Positions 1 to 9,992 are shown, counted from the first letter of the stretch. The stretch is 64,000 bases of DNA from an uncultured Actinomycetes bacterium (GCA_963835455.1 CAWIFT010000003.1:949583-1013582); one strand, 5' to 3'. Program-made: numbers and translations. Notes: generated from the sequence alone by a model not told the origin.

Positions 1-4
1 TGGA

Positions 5-676
5 CTAGGGGCCGTCACAGCGCAGGTAGCGCGCGATCAGGTCGTCGCTCGACGGATCGGAGACGTTTGCTTGTCGGCGATCGATCTCGGTGAGAACTCG
101 ATGTTCGCTCCCGGGGGTAACTGCAAACAAGCAGGCGTCAACATCCGCGTGCGCGGTTCGGGTGCGAGGACCTGAGCGGTAGGTGATGTCGACGCCGTGC
201 ACCTCGATGAGTCCTGCGCGCGGTGCGGTCAGCGTCATCGTCAGGAACACCGTGTTGGCCGGGCCCCGGCCGTCGACGCGCGTCCCGTTCATCGGGCGCG
301 GCTCGTAGCCCTGAGCCGCCAGGTCGCCGACGGCCGACCCGAGTGCGGTGGTCACCGCGAAGCCGACGGTGGCGCGTCCCGAAAGAGACGTCGGTGTGGC
401 GGATACGAGCTTGACCGGGCCGTTGCTGGAGTTGAGCTCGATCCCGAACGACCAGGGCGAGCCGACCGCATGAACGCCGTCGTAACCGACTCCGCCGGCC
501 GGTCGGAGACGCGCGCCGCCGACGAACCACCAGCCCGTCGCGGCGACGAGGGCTACGACGGCGAGAACCGCAACGGCGAGCGCGACGCGGTGCCGCGGAT
601 CCCGTCGCTTCCGTTCCGGCTCCGCATCGAGTGGCGCGTCTGTGAGCGTCTCGACCATTCCGGCGAAGCGTTCCAC
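5..676 (-). CDS. membrane-anchored hypothetical protein (one N-terminal TM helix, extracytoplasmic domain)
   Basis: 223-aa ORF. A charged N-terminus is followed by the hydrophobic stretch VALAVAVLAVVALVAATGWWFV. The tail motif EVHGVDITYRSGPRTRT resembles VSGIHVDLRSGSRHW in ORF 13885..14436. Confidence 0.5.
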   Translation of the reverse strand: MERFAGMVETLTDAPLDAEPERKRRDPRHRVALAVAVLAVVALVAATGWWFVGGARLRPAGGVGYDGVHAVGSPWSFGIELNSSNGPVKLVSATPTSLSGRATVGFAVTTALGSAVGDLAAQGYEPRPMNGTRVDGRGPANTVFLTMTLTAPRAGLIEVHGVDITYRSGPRTRTAHADVDACLFAVTPGSEHRVLTEIDRRQANVSDPSSDDLIARYLRCDGP

Positions 677-988
677 GCCCGGCTCGGGGAGTCACGCACT
701 CCTTGAGGGGAGGGGCGGGCAGACCCCGGCGCGCCTCGCAATGGTGTCGCGCCGGGGGCCGCCTCACAGCCCCTTCCCCGTGAGAAAGTGAACACCCGGG
801 TCACTCTGTGTGGCAAGGGATCCGAACCCATTTGCGGACGCCGGAGTACCCATTTGCGCAGGCTGACCGGCACAATCCGGGTGGAGCGGGCCAACCGGCC
901 GGATCGGTCCTCTGCGAGTTCCGGCCACTACGAGTGGGTCCCGGGTCCCGTTTCCGCGCCGCAGGTGCGGTGATTATCGTCGGCTCCC

Positions 989-1375
989 ATGAGCGACGCG
1001 ATTGATTTGATCCGGCGGTTCTGCGACGACTGGGGGAACGGTGCGGATGTCGACCAGATCGTCGGCTACTTCACCGACGACGCGATCTACCACAACATCC
1101 CCATCGATCCGGCGGTCGTCGGAAAGGACGCGATCAAGGCCACGTTCGCGATGTTCACGACCGGCGTGGAGAGCATCGAGTTCCGCATTCTCAACATCGC
1201 GGCCGACGGCGGCACCGTGTTGACCGAGCGGCTCGACATCTTCGTGCTCCCGAACGTCACGATCGAACTGCCGGTGATGGGCACGTTCGAACTGCGTGAC
1301 GGGAAGATCGCGAAGTGGCGCGACTACTTCGACCTCAACCAGTACATGACGCAGATGGCCGCCGCCGCGGGTTAG
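989..1375 (+). CDS. limonene-1,2-epoxide hydrolase-like / SnoaL NTF2-fold protein
   Basis: 128 aa. The segments [43 protein letters not shown] and [12 protein letters not shown] match the LEH family as I recall it. Confidence 0.7.
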   Translation: MSDAIDLIRRFCDDWGNGADVDQIVGYFTDDAIYHNIPIDPAVVGKDAIKATFAMFTTGVESIEFRILNIAADGGTVLTERLDIFVLPNVTIELPVMGTFELRDGKIAKWRDYFDLNQYMTQMAAAAG

Positions 1376-2892
1376 GGCGCGAGCAGCGCGCGAACCGAGT
1401 CGATGGTGTCGGCATCCGCAGCCGACTTGTCGGGACGATACGCGCGGACGCGCGCGAATCGCAGCGCGACGCCGCCCGGGTAACGCTTCGACACCTGCAC
1501 ACCGTCGAGCGCGATCTCGACCACCAGCTCCGGCCGCACGTAGACGGTGTAGTCGTCGGTGTGCGCCGCGATCTCCTGGAGCCGTGTGGTCTGCCAGGTG
1601 AGGAGCTCGTCGGTGAGACCCTTGAAGGTCTTGCCGACCATGACGAACGCGCCGGTCTCCGGATCGCGCGCGCCGAGGTGCAGGTTCGAGAGCCAACCGC
1701 GGCGCCGGCCGTGGCCCCACTCCGCCGCGAGCACGACGAGGTCGAGGGTGCGCACCGGTTTGACCTTGCGCCACGCCGCGCCCCGCCGGCCGGCGTCGTA
1801 GCGCGAGTCGAGCGCCTTCACCATCACTCCCTCGTGCCCGGTCGCGAGCGCGTCGGCGAGAAACGACTCGGCTTCCTCGGCGTCGTCGGTCTCGAGCGCG
1901 GGCACGCGATACCGACCGACCAGGTCGTCGAGGATCGCCCCGCGCTCGCGGAGCGGGCGGTCGAGCAGGTCGTCGCCGTTCAGGTGAAGAAGGTCGAAGA
2001 AGAACGCGGCCAGCGTCAACGCATGGGCCGCGGCGTCATCGGCCCCGAAGCGGCTCATCGTGTCCTGGAACCGGCGCGGCAACGAATCCTCCGACAGGCT
2101 GATCGCCTCACCGTCGAGGACGAACGATCGGGCCGTGAACCCACGTGCAGCCGCGACGACTTCGGGGAGACGGGCGGTGACGTCGTTGAGGTTGCGGGTG
2201 AACACGCGCACGTCGTCGCCGTCACGGTGAACCTGGATGCGCGCGCCGTCGAGTTTCCACTCGACCGACGCGCGCCCGGTGGCGGTCAACGCCTCCGCGA
2301 CCGACGCCGCGGTCGCGGCCAGCATCGGCTGCACCGGGCGGAGTACTTCGAGGTGCACTTCGGCCAGTGCCGCGGCACCACCCGCGATGGCGCGGGTCGC
2401 AGTGTCGGCGAGGTCGCCACCCAACATCGCGGCACGGCGGACCGCGTCGGCGGGAACCTGTGCGGCGCGTGCGATCGCGTCGGCCATGAGCCCGGCGAGC
2501 GCGCCCTGGTGGAGCTCGCCGGTGAGGAGGCGCACGATAAAGCCGGCTTCGGCCTCGGTCGCCCGTCCCAGGAGGTCCGTGAGGATCGCGTGGCGGGCCG
2601 CCGCCGACCCGGGGCCGGTCGTCGCCGCGATGCGTTCGAGCGCGTCGTCCAGCGCGGCAACCGTCACCGTCGGCGCGGGCGCGGCCGGCGCGTGATCGCG
2701 TACGGCCGAGAGCGTCGCCCACCCGACCCCGATGCGCCCCTGGCGCGGTTCCCCGGTGAGCAGGGAGACGACGGTCGCCACCTCGTCCGTGTCGGCCTCG
2801 GACAGCAAGGTCGCGAGCGCTTCGATCTTCGCCTTGCGCGAACGTGTCGCGGCAACCGCTTCCGAGGTGCGCACGACGAGGTCCAGGAGCAC
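1372..2892 (-). CDS. lig: ATP-dependent DNA ligase
   Basis: 506 aa. The adenylation motif I is present as [12 protein letters not shown] (KxDG). N-terminal DNA-binding and C-terminal OB-fold-like regions are present. The length is typical of actinobacterial LigB. Confidence 0.9.
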   Translation of the reverse strand: MLLDLVVRTSEAVAATRSRKAKIEALATLLSEADTDEVATVVSLLTGEPRQGRIGVGWATLSAVRDHAPAAPAPTVTVAALDDALERIAATTGPGSAAARHAILTDLLGRATEAEAGFIVRLLTGELHQGALAGLMADAIARAAQVPADAVRRAAMLGGDLADTATRAIAGGAAALAEVHLEVLRPVQPMLAATAASVAEALTATGRASVEWKLDGARIQVHRDGDDVRVFTRNLNDVTARLPEVVAAARGFTARSFVLDGEAISLSEDSLPRRFQDTMSRFGADDAAAHALTLAAFFFDLLHLNGDDLLDRPLRERGAILDDLVGRYRVPALETDDAEEAESFLADALATGHEGVMVKALDSRYDAGRRGAAWRKVKPVRTLDLVVLAAEWGHGRRRGWLSNLHLGARDPETGAFVMVGKTFKGLTDELLTWQTTRLQEIAAHTDDYTVYVRPELVVEIALDGVQVSKRYPGGVALRFARVRAYRPDKSAADADTIDSVRALLAP

Positions 2893-2917
2893 GGCTGCTC
2901 AGGGTACGGTCGGCGTC

Positions 2918-3886
2918 ATGGAATATCGACGTCTCGGCCGCAGCGGCCTGCAAGTCAGTGAATTGTCATTCGGATCCTGGGTGTCGTTCGGAGACCAGCT
3001 CGGTGTCGACACCGCGATGGAATGTCTCGATGCGGCCCGCGCCGCCGGCGTGAACTTCTTCGACAACGCGGAGTCGTACGCCGGCGGCAAGTCGGAGAGC
3101 ATCATGGGCGAGGCCATCGCCAAGCTCGGCTGGGAGCGTCACAGCTACGTGATCTCCACGAAGGTGTTCTGGGGCATCCACGACGCGCCGAACATGAAGA
3201 ACACGTTGAATCGCAAGTACCTGATGCAGGCGATCGACGGTTCACTCGAACGCATGGGCCTCGACTTCGTCGACCTGTTGTTCTGTCACCGCGCCGACCC
3301 GAAGACGCCGATCGAAGAGACCGTGTGGGCGATGAGCGACATCGTCTCGAGCGGCAAGGCGCTCTACTGGGGCACCTCGGAGTGGACGGCCGACGAGATC
3401 CGCGCCGCGTGGGAGATCGCCGAGCGTCATCATCTGCACAAGCCGGTGATGGAGCAACCGCAGTACAACCTCTTGAACCGGATGCGGGTCGAGTTCGAGT
3501 ACGCGCGCCTCTACGAGGACATCGGGTTGGGGCTCACGATCTGGAGCCCCCTCGCTTCGGGACTGCTCACCGGCAAGTACCTCGACGGCATGCCGGACGG
3601 ATCGCGCGCGAAGTTGCCCGGCTACGAGTGGTTGCAGGGCATGCTCACCGACCCGAAGACGAACGAGAAGGTGCGGCGGTTGAAGGGCGTGGCCGACGAA
3701 CTCGGTTGCACCCTCGCGCAGCTCTCGCTCGCTTGGTGCTTGAAGAACCCGAACGTGTCGACGGTGATCACCGGGGCGAGCAAGGCTTCGCAGGTGCGAG
3801 AGAACATGGTTGCGATCGACGTTGCACCGCGCCTCGACGCCGACGTGATGGCCCGCATCGAGGAAGCGGTGCCGTTCAGGCGGTAG
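2918..3886 (+). CDS. aldo/keto reductase (Kv-beta-subunit-like)
   Basis: ATG at 2918 gives [21 protein letters not shown], with [15 protein letters not shown] further in. The part of the ORF upstream of 2918 is antisense to the ligase and looks non-coding. Confidence 0.85.
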   Translation: MEYRRLGRSGLQVSELSFGSWVSFGDQLGVDTAMECLDAARAAGVNFFDNAESYAGGKSESIMGEAIAKLGWERHSYVISTKVFWGIHDAPNMKNTLNRKYLMQAIDGSLERMGLDFVDLLFCHRADPKTPIEETVWAMSDIVSSGKALYWGTSEWTADEIRAAWEIAERHHLHKPVMEQPQYNLLNRMRVEFEYARLYEDIGLGLTIWSPLASGLLTGKYLDGMPDGSRAKLPGYEWLQGMLTDPKTNEKVRRLKGVADELGCTLAQLSLAWCLKNPNVSTVITGASKASQVRENMVAIDVAPRLDADVMARIEEAVPFRR

Positions 3887-4451
3887 TCGGGGGAGCCGCG
3901 AACGAGCTCTTGTCGGCCACCCAGATCTGCATCCGGCCGGTTTCGCCGGGCGCCTCGGGCGCGCGCGCTTCGGTCCGGTCGAGCGTGTAGCCGAGCCGCC
4001 GGGGGATCGCCGCGCTGCGCAGGTTCGCTTCGTCGCACACGATGATCGTGGTCTCGATGCCGTCCATCTCGAGTGCTGCCGCGGTCAGCACGCGTGCAGC
4101 ATTCGTGACGAGACCACGGTTGACGGCGTCGATGTGCAGCCAGTAGCCGATCTCGATCGTGCCCGGACCGCGGCGCGTCATCAACCCGATCGATCCGACG
4201 AACGACGAACGGTCCGCGAACATGCCGTACTGCCATTCCTCGCGCCGGGACCGTTGCCGGATCTGCTCGCGGAGTCGCCCGCGCTGGAACACGACGTCGG
4301 CCGAGCGCTCGTCGGCCCACGGCATCCACGGCTTCAAGTGCTCGAGGCTCTCGCCGACGGCGCGCGCGATCGCTTCCGCGTCGGCGACCGTCACCCAGCG
4401 CACCACGACGCCGCCGTCGAGCTGAACGCGTTCGGGGGGCGCGGCACTCAC
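3876..4451 (-). CDS. GNAT family N-acetyltransferase (RimJ/RimL-like)
   Basis: The segments [24 protein letters not shown] and [13 protein letters not shown] are GNAT-like. The start is uncertain: GTG at 4451 avoids overlap with the upstream gene, while the ORF track starts at GTG 4505. Confidence 0.7.
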   Translation of the reverse strand: MSAAPPERVQLDGGVVVRWVTVADAEAIARAVGESLEHLKPWMPWADERSADVVFQRGRLREQIRQRSRREEWQYGMFADRSSFVGSIGLMTRRGPGTIEIGYWLHIDAVNRGLVTNAARVLTAAALEMDGIETTIIVCDEANLRSAAIPRRLGYTLDRTEARAPEAPGETGRMQIWVADKSSFAAPPTTA

Positions 4452-4458
4452 GGGAGGC

Positions 4459-4818
4459 TCACGGCTCGCGAACGAAGCTGTGGGCGCGCTCGACGCGCGC
4501 GACACGCAGTTCGTACGCGTCGTACCAACGTGTGCGGCCTTCGTACTGCGCGAATGCGTGATCGGCGTTGCGCTTCCACGCCGCGATCGACGTCTCGTCG
4601 GCCCAGTACGAAACCGTGATGCCGATGTCGCGGAAGGCGGTCTCGACGCCGAGATAACCGGGCTGCTGCGCGGCCAGCGCCATCATCCGCTGATCGGTCG
4701 CGTCGAACTGGTCCCCGGGTTGGTGGTTCCGGCGTGTGCTGAAGATCACGGCCCAGTAGGGCGGTTCCGGAGTGCGGGCCAGGCCGGAAGCGGGTTCCGG
4801 ACGGTCGATCGGGGTCAC
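4459..4818 (-). CDS. antibiotic biosynthesis monooxygenase (ABM) domain protein
   Basis: Only the last 119 codons of the 559-aa ORF 4459..6138 look coding (YWAVIFSTRR, GITVSYWADETSIAAWKRNADH). I verified a GTG at 4818. The rest of that ORF is antisense to the gene at 4927..6312. Confidence 0.7.
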   Translation of the reverse strand: MTPIDRPEPASGLARTPEPPYWAVIFSTRRNHQPGDQFDATDQRMMALAAQQPGYLGVETAFRDIGITVSYWADETSIAAWKRNADHAFAQYEGRTRWYDAYELRVARVERAHSFVREP

Positions 4819-4878
4819 GCGTTCCGCCTTCCACTCGGATCGGTCGCGTGCATTCTGCCGTCCCGGCTCGACAAATCG

Positions 4879-4903
4879 AATCCGGATATCTATTATCCGG
4901 ATT
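4879..4903. promoter_or_regulatory. AT-rich inverted repeat (operator-like) overlapping a putative promoter
   Basis: The site reads AATCCGGATA-tctat-TATCCGGATT, with perfect 10-bp arms. It overlaps a TCGACA(4868-4873)-17nt-TATTAT(4891-4896) promoter-like pair. The RBS GAGGAG lies at 4913-4918. Confidence 0.5.
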
Positions 4904-4926
4904 AGACGCCGAGAGGAGTGGTCGAC

Positions 4927-6312
4927 ATGCGAGTTTTCGTAGCGGGCGCGACCGGGGTACTGGGGCGGCGGGCGGTCAGCCGCCTCGTCATCGCGGGTCA
5001 CGACGTCACGGGCGTCTCGAGGTCGCCGGAGAAGGACGTCCTGCTCGAGTCGCTCGGGGCGCGTCCCGTGCGCGTCGACCTGTTCGACGTCGATGCGCTG
5101 CGCGCCGCCGTGGCCGGGCACGACGCCGTCGTCAACGTCACGACCAAGATCCCGCCGATCGCGCAGATGGCCCGCATGAGCGCGTGGGCCGAGAACGAGC
5201 GCATCCGCCGGGAGGCGTCCGGGAACCTCGTCGACGCGGCGATCGCGGCCGGCGCGACGGTGTTCGTGCAGGAGTCGCTGGCCTTCATGTACGGCGAGCA
5301 CGGCACCGAGTGGATCGATGCCGCTACGACGCCGATGGCGAAGGCGGCGACGTTCAGCGGCGCCGTGGCCGTCGCCGAGGCGAATGTCGCACGCTTCACC
5401 GCGCAGGGCGCTCGGGGGGTGGTGTTGCGGTTCGGGCGTTTCTACTCGCCCGACAGCGATCAGGTGCTCGCGACCATGCAGTACGCGCGCCGCGGTGTGT
5501 TGCTCGACGTCGGCGCGCCGGACGGTTACTTCCCGATGATCGATGCCGACGACGCCGCCGCGGCCGTGGTCGCGGCGCTGGACGCGCCCGCGGGCACGTA
5601 CGACGTGGTCGACGAGCCCCTGCCGCGCCGGCAGCAGGGCGCAGCACTGGCGGCTGCCGTCTGTCGCCGCCGGCTCCGGCACGCGCCCGGTTGGATGGCG
5701 CCCAAGAAGGCCGACTACCTCGCGGCTTCGCAGCGCGTGTCGAACCAGGCGTTCCGCGAAGCCACCGGCTGGCGGCTCTCCTCGCCCGATGTGCGTACCG
5801 GATACCGGAAGCTCGCGCAGGCGCTGCGCATCGAGCCCGCCCTGCCCGGTCGGGTGCGGCTCATGCTCTGGGTGCTTGCCGTGAGCGCGTTCGGCGTGGG
5901 CGTTCAGGCCGCGTTCTTCCCGCGGTCGTTCTACGACGACTTCCCGTTCGGCCGCGGTTGGGTGGCGATGGACGGTCGCTACAACGAACACCTGGTCCGC
6001 GACGTCGGGGCGCTCAATCTCGCGCTCCTGGTCGTGACGATCGGCGCGATCTTCGTGGGGTTGCGGGCCCTCTCCCGCATCACCGCCGTCGCCTGGCTCG
6101 TGTATTCGGTGCCGCACCTCGTGTACCACTGGCGGCATCTGACGATGGCGATGCCCGGCTTCGACAAGGTCGCGATGATCGCCTCGCTGTCGGTCCCGGT
6201 GATCGCCGCGATCATCGTGCTCTTCGATCGCCCGCGCGTGCAGCCCGCCGTCATCGACGTTCGCGAGTCGGCACCCGCCGCAAACCTGACGCAGGTGTCA
6301 GCTCGGCAGTAG
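4927..6312 (+). CDS. NAD-dependent epimerase/dehydratase family domain fused to a C-terminal multi-TM domain
   Basis: MRVFVAGATGVLGRR is a Rossmann GxxGxxG motif. The C-terminal ~150 aa holds about 4 hydrophobic helices (LMLWVLAVSAFGVGV, LALLVVTIGAIFVGL, VAWLVYSVPHLVY, MIASLSVPVIAAIIVLF). ATG 4927 is preferred over GTG 4918 because of RBS spacing. Confidence 0.75.
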   Translation: MRVFVAGATGVLGRRAVSRLVIAGHDVTGVSRSPEKDVLLESLGARPVRVDLFDVDALRAAVAGHDAVVNVTTKIPPIAQMARMSAWAENERIRREASGNLVDAAIAAGATVFVQESLAFMYGEHGTEWIDAATTPMAKAATFSGAVAVAEANVARFTAQGARGVVLRFGRFYSPDSDQVLATMQYARRGVLLDVGAPDGYFPMIDADDAAAAVVAALDAPAGTYDVVDEPLPRRQQGAALAAAVCRRRLRHAPGWMAPKKADYLAASQRVSNQAFREATGWRLSSPDVRTGYRKLAQALRIEPALPGRVRLMLWVLAVSAFGVGVQAAFFPRSFYDDFPFGRGWVAMDGRYNEHLVRDVGALNLALLVVTIGAIFVGLRALSRITAVAWLVYSVPHLVYHWRHLTMAMPGFDKVAMIASLSVPVIAAIIVLFDRPRVQPAVIDVRESAPAANLTQVSARQ

Positions 6313-6321
6313 GTTCGCAGC

Positions 6322-7170
6322 ATGAAGCCGGCGCCCTTCGAGTACCACGCGCCGGAGACGATCGCCGAGGTCTGCGCGTTGCTCGCCGACCACGGCGACG
6401 ACGCGAAGGTCTTGGCCGGCGGGCAGAGCCTCGTCCCGATGCTGGCGCTGCGCCTGACGCACTTCGAACATCTCGTCGACGTGAACCGCGTGGGTGAGCT
6501 CGCCGGGTTCGCCCGGGAGAACGGGGCGCTGGTGGTGCGGGCGGGGACCCGTCAGCGCGTGATGGAGCGCGATCCCCAGGTCGGCGCGGCGGTGCCGCTG
6601 CTCGCGCAGGCGACGCCGTTGATCGGGCACTTTCAGATCCGCAACCGGGGCACAGTCGGGGGCTCGATCGCGCATGCCGACCCCGCGTCCGAGTATCCGG
6701 CGGTCGCGGTCGCGCTCGGGGCGGAATTGGAGTTGGTGGGTCCCGGTGGCCGGAGCCGGCGGGTCGCCGCCGACGACTTCTTCGTCGGCACGTGGACGAC
6801 GGCGGCGGAACCCGACGAGCTCCTGGTCGCGGCGCGCTTTCCGGTGTGGCCCGCCCGCAGTGGTTTCGCGATCGAGGAGGTCGCGCGGCGCCACGGCGAC
6901 TTCGCGTTGGCCGGGGTGGCATGCGCGGTCTCGGACGGCCGGGCGGGCGTGGCGCTGTTCGGCGTGGGCTCGACTCCGGTCCGGGCCGCGTCGGCCGAGG
7001 AAGCGCTCGTTGCGGGGGCGTCACCGACGGATGTGGCCGAAGCCGCGGTGGCGGGCCTCGACCCGCCCGGCGACGTCCACGCGAGCGCATCGACGCGCGT
7101 GCGTATCGCCCGCCATCTCGTCGAACGCGCGGTCACGCGCGCGCAGGAGGCCTTTCGTGCTGCCGGTTGA
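6322..7170 (+). CDS. xanthine dehydrogenase/CoxM-family FAD-binding subunit
   Basis: 282 aa. FEYHAPETIAEVCALLADHGDDAKVLAGGQSLVPMLALR is typical of the FAD-binding molybdopterin dehydrogenase medium subunit. Confidence 0.85.
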   Translation: MKPAPFEYHAPETIAEVCALLADHGDDAKVLAGGQSLVPMLALRLTHFEHLVDVNRVGELAGFARENGALVVRAGTRQRVMERDPQVGAAVPLLAQATPLIGHFQIRNRGTVGGSIAHADPASEYPAVAVALGAELELVGPGGRSRRVAADDFFVGTWTTAAEPDELLVAARFPVWPARSGFAIEEVARRHGDFALAGVACAVSDGRAGVALFGVGSTPVRAASAEEALVAGASPTDVAEAAVAGLDPPGDVHASASTRVRIARHLVERAVTRAQEAFRAAG

Positions 7171-7624
7171 GATCACGGTCAACGGTGAGGCGCGCCACGC
7201 GGCGGTGGACGCGCGGCGGACGCTGGCCGACTTCCTGCGCGAGGAGTGCGCACTCACGGGGACGCACCTCGGGTGCGAGCACGGCGTCTGCGGTGCATGC
7301 ACGGTGTTGCTCGACGGCGAGGCCGTGCGTTCGTGTCTGCTGTTCGCGGTGCAGGCCGACGGCGCCGAGGTCACGACGATCGAGGGCCTCGGTGGTCCCG
7401 ACGGCGCGCTGTCTCCGGTACAGGGCGCGTTCCGTGAAGAGCACGGGTTGCAGTGCGGCTTTTGCACGCCCGGTTTCGTCGTCTCCGTCACGGCACTGTT
7501 GGCCGAGAACCCCCGTCCGTCGGAGCCCGACATCCGCGACGCGTTGTCGGGCAACCTGTGTCGCTGCACGGGATACCAGGGGATCATCCGCGCGGTGCAG
7601 CGCGCCGCGGGAGCATCGCAATGA
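7157..7624 (+). CDS. (2Fe-2S)-binding small subunit (CoxS/CutS-like)
   Basis: The GTG at 7157 is preceded by AGGAGG. Cys clusters are present as CEHGVCGACTV and CGFCTPG...CRCTGY. The gene overlaps the upstream gene by 14 nt. Confidence 0.9.
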   Translation: MLPVEITVNGEARHAAVDARRTLADFLREECALTGTHLGCEHGVCGACTVLLDGEAVRSCLLFAVQADGAEVTTIEGLGGPDGALSPVQGAFREEHGLQCGFCTPGFVVSVTALLAENPRPSEPDIRDALSGNLCRCTGYQGIIRAVQRAAGASQ

Positions 7625-9930
7625 GCGCGTCGACCGCGGGACGGTTCGTCGGCCAGTCGGTGAAGCGACGCGAGGACCCGCGGCTCCTGACCGGACACGG
7701 CCAGTACGTCGACGACATTGCATTGCCCGGCATGTTGCACTGCACGTTCGTGCGCAGCGACGTTGCCCGCGGGCGCATCCTGCGCGTCGACACCACGGCC
7801 GCGCGGGCGGTGGCCGGGGTGACGGCGGTGCTGACCGCGAGTGATCTCAATCCGCACGCGGGGACGATGCAACCCACCCTCGTGATGGCGATGCCGGGCG
7901 CGCCGCTACGACCACTCGCCGACGGCGACGTCCGTTTCGTCGGCGAACCGATCGTGTTGATCGTCGCGGAGAGCCGGTACGTCGCCGAGGACGCGGCTGA
8001 GCTCGTCGAAGTCGAGATCGACGTGGAGGCCCCGGTGATCGACGTCGAGCGCGCGCTCGACGACGGTATGCCGATCGTGCATCCCGAGCTCGGGACGAAC
8101 CTGGGCGGCGAGATGGAGTTTCCGGTCTCACCGGAGCTCGAAGCGTTGCTGCAGGGCGACAATGTCGTCCGTCGGACGTTCCGCCAGCAGCGGCACACTC
8201 CGGTGCCGATGGAGACGCGCGGGATCGTCGTCGCGTACGAACCCGCCGGGGGCGCGATCCACGCGTGGATGAGCACCCAGAATCCGCACGAGGCCAAGCA
8301 GGCGATCGCGCGCGTCACCGGTGTTCCCGCGCATCTCGTGCGCGTCGAGGCGCACGATGTCGGCGGCGGTTTCGGGCAGAAGTTCTTCACGCCACGCGAG
8401 GAGCTCACGGTCGCGCTCGCGGCGCGCCGGCTGGGCCGCACGCTGAAGTGGATCGAGGACCGCCGCGAGAATCTCATCGCGTCGAACCACGCCCGGGCCG
8501 ATGTCGCGCACTGCACGTTCGTACTCGACGCCGACGGTCGTCTTCTCGGTACCTACATCGATCACATCGAGGACGCGGGTTCGTTCCCGGTCGGCGCGAC
8601 CGGCGGCGCCGGGCAACTGGTCGGCTTGCTGTTCACCGGTCCGTACAAGTGTCCGCTCGCGTCCCTGCGGACGCGCGCGGTCTGGACGAACACGTGCGGG
8701 CGGGGCGCGTACCGCGGGCCGTGGATGTTCGAGACCGTCGCGCGCGAGCAAATGGTCGACGCGGCGGCACGTCAGATCGGGATCGATCCGCTCGAGTGGC
8801 GGCGCCGGAACGTCGTGGCGAGCGCGGAGCTCCCGTACACGTTGCCGACGGGGTTGCCGCTCGACATGGTCAGCCCCGCGGAGACGCTCGAACAGGCCGC
8901 GGAGATCATCGGCTACGACGCATTCCGCGCCGAACAACGGCGGATGTTCGCCGAGGAAGGCCGCCTGATCGGGATCGGCCTCGGGCTCTACGTCGAACCG
9001 AGCACGGGAATGATGGATCCGATGGGCACCGAGACCGCGGTGGTGCGGGTCAACCCGAACGGCCAGGTGACGGTTTCGCTCGGTACGGGATCGCACGGCC
9101 AGGGCATCGAGACGACCATGGCGCAGGTCGTCGCGGAGGAGCTCGGCATCGAGTTCGACGACGTCACGATCGTGCAGGGCGACAGCGCCGTGACCGCGTA
9201 CGGACGCGGCACCGGTGGCAGTGGTACCGCGGTGATCGCGGGCAACTCCTGCCGCAACGCGTGCGCGATCGTGCGGGCGAAGGCGATCGAGATCGCCGCG
9301 CACCTCATGGAAGCCGCACCCGACGACCTCGAGATCGTCGATTCGGCCATTTCCGTACGGGGAACGCCGACGCGTTCGGTCGCGTTCGCGGAGGTCGCGC
9401 GCATTGCGTATCTGGAGACCGCCCGCCTACCTGAAGGAATGGAGGTGGGGCTCGAAGCCACCGCAACCTTCAAGGCCCCGCCCTTCTCGTGGTCGAACGC
9501 GTGTCACGCGTGCACCGTCGAGGTGGATCGCGCGACGGGTGTCGTGTCGATCCTGCGCTATGTCGTGAGCGAAGACTGCGGCGTCATGATCAACCCGATG
9601 ATCGTCGAGGGCCAGGTGGCGGGTGGAGTCGTGCAAGGCATCGGCGGCGCGCTGTACGAGCACTTCGTGTACGACGACGACGGCAACCCGCTGACCACCA
9701 CGTTCATGGACTATCTGCTCCCGACCACGACCGAGGTGCCGACGATCGAGTACGGCCACGTCGAGACGCCGTCACCGACGCCCGGCGGGCACAAGGGGAT
9801 GGGGGAGGGTGGTGCCATCGGTTCACCGCCCGCGATCTTCAACGCCGTCGCCGACGCGCTCGCGCTCGTCGGCGCGACCATCGACCACACCCCGCTTTCC
9901 CCCGACGCGATCTTGCACGCGTTGGGGTAG
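7621..9930 (+). CDS. molybdopterin-binding large subunit of xanthine dehydrogenase/CoxL family
   Basis: The ATG at 7621 overlaps the upstream stop as ATGA. The protein starts MSASTAGRFVGQSVKRREDPRLLTGHGQYVDD and is 769 aa. The loop reads GRGAYRGPWMF, not the form I AYxCSFR signature. Confidence 0.9.
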   Translation: MSASTAGRFVGQSVKRREDPRLLTGHGQYVDDIALPGMLHCTFVRSDVARGRILRVDTTAARAVAGVTAVLTASDLNPHAGTMQPTLVMAMPGAPLRPLADGDVRFVGEPIVLIVAESRYVAEDAAELVEVEIDVEAPVIDVERALDDGMPIVHPELGTNLGGEMEFPVSPELEALLQGDNVVRRTFRQQRHTPVPMETRGIVVAYEPAGGAIHAWMSTQNPHEAKQAIARVTGVPAHLVRVEAHDVGGGFGQKFFTPREELTVALAARRLGRTLKWIEDRRENLIASNHARADVAHCTFVLDADGRLLGTYIDHIEDAGSFPVGATGGAGQLVGLLFTGPYKCPLASLRTRAVWTNTCGRGAYRGPWMFETVAREQMVDAAARQIGIDPLEWRRRNVVASAELPYTLPTGLPLDMVSPAETLEQAAEIIGYDAFRAEQRRMFAEEGRLIGIGLGLYVEPSTGMMDPMGTETAVVRVNPNGQVTVSLGTGSHGQGIETTMAQVVAEELGIEFDDVTIVQGDSAVTAYGRGTGGSGTAVIAGNSCRNACAIVRAKAIEIAAHLMEAAPDDLEIVDSAISVRGTPTRSVAFAEVARIAYLETARLPEGMEVGLEATATFKAPPFSWSNACHACTVEVDRATGVVSILRYVVSEDCGVMINPMIVEGQVAGGVVQGIGGALYEHFVYDDDGNPLTTTFMDYLLPTTTEVPTIEYGHVETPSPTPGGHKGMGEGGAIGSPPAIFNAVADALALVGATIDHTPLSPDAILHALG

Positions 9931-9992
9931 ATGGCCGGATCCGTCCGCGGAACGTCATTGCGTACGGTCTCCCCGGCGCGCAAGATCTCTGC

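Noticed and set aside
1315-2961. Long ORFs (548 aa here; also 14169..15584, 20139..21860, 27758..28426, 45194..46879, 50609..53140, 57943..61347 and 60299..62866) overlapping recognisable genes on the opposite strand or in another frame
   Set aside because: Their translations are Arg/Gly/Ala/Pro-rich low-complexity strings without motifs. Each is fully shadowed by a gene with clear family signatures. This is the usual high-G+C artefact, where stop codons are rare in all frames.
4819-6138. The N-terminal 440 codons of the 559-aa minus-strand ORF 4459..6138
   Set aside because: Only the last 119 codons (the ABM domain, from GTG 4818) look coding. The remainder is antisense to the epimerase-fusion gene. 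The same trimming logic was applied to 20745..23036 (kept 20745..21797) and 31671..34427 (kept 31671..33032).
6322-9930. Annotating the three-subunit enzyme as aerobic carbon monoxide dehydrogenase
   Set aside because: The large subunit lacks the AYxCSFR active-site loop and no cox accessory genes are present. It is kept as a generic xanthine dehydrogenase/CoxL-family hydroxylase.
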